Assembly (NCBI RefSeq): GCF_004010195.1
Contig: NC_057749.1
Location: 22,724,451-22,744,450 of the forward strand
Source: Chiloscyllium plagiosum
Taxonomy: Eukaryota
Length of the DNA: 20,000 nucleotides
Direction: 5' to 3'
In this document: in pieces, positions 19,870-20,000 of the stretch
Layout: the number at the start of each line of letters is the position of its first letter
Numbering within the stretch: the stretch's first letter is position 1
The notes under the pieces: model-generated
What the model saw: the letters and a program-made list of their open reading frames with translations, nothing else
What the model was told of the DNA's origin: nothing
The model's database searches: none
Program-made: the position numbers and the translations under genes

Positions 19870-20000
19870 AATAATCTTCTCTGTTTCTGGTTGCACTTCA
19901 GTCCCACAGTCCTGATCTTCGGGCACCCGGTACAGAGGAGGGAGGGCTGGTCTGAAGACCTCCTCGTGGGTCTGCTCCTGGGCCTGGCCAAACTGGCCAT
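19870..20000 (+). mobile_element. Tx1/L1-clade LINE ORF2 C-terminal fragment (runs off the window)
   Basis: Open frame from 19876: LLCFWLHFSPTVLIFGHPVQRREGWSEDLLVGLLLGLAKLA, like the vertebrate Tx1 post-zinc-finger region; GC-rich. Confidence 0.65.

Overview
Eukaryotic, transposon-dominated non-coding DNA, most likely from a shark or ray (inferred from HE1-type V-SINEs sharing their 3' tail with HER1/CR1 LINEs). I can support no host protein-coding exon, rRNA, tRNA or CRISPR. All recognisable ORFs are decayed retroelement fragments: CR1 RT, Penelope GIY-YIG C-terminus, Rex/Babar, Tx1 and possibly RTE. Main observations: (i) about ten Penelope-like (PLE) terminal-repeat fragments with minimal hammerhead-ribozyme (HHR) motifs, several forming short self-inverted hairpin elements with 11-12 bp target-site duplications (TSDs). 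The best is 1433-1708, with 110-bp arms at 108/110 identity and an intact HHR on each strand. (ii) A CpG-rich 451-bp solo LTR (TG...CA, 5-bp TSD) inside a 4-level nest. (iii) A 5-level nest at about 9950-15020. (iv) A local ~230-bp duplication that copies a LINE/LINE junction. (v) A perfect DR2 nuclear-receptor motif plus an AP-1 site in unique DNA. Family names come from remembered motif similarity, not database searches.
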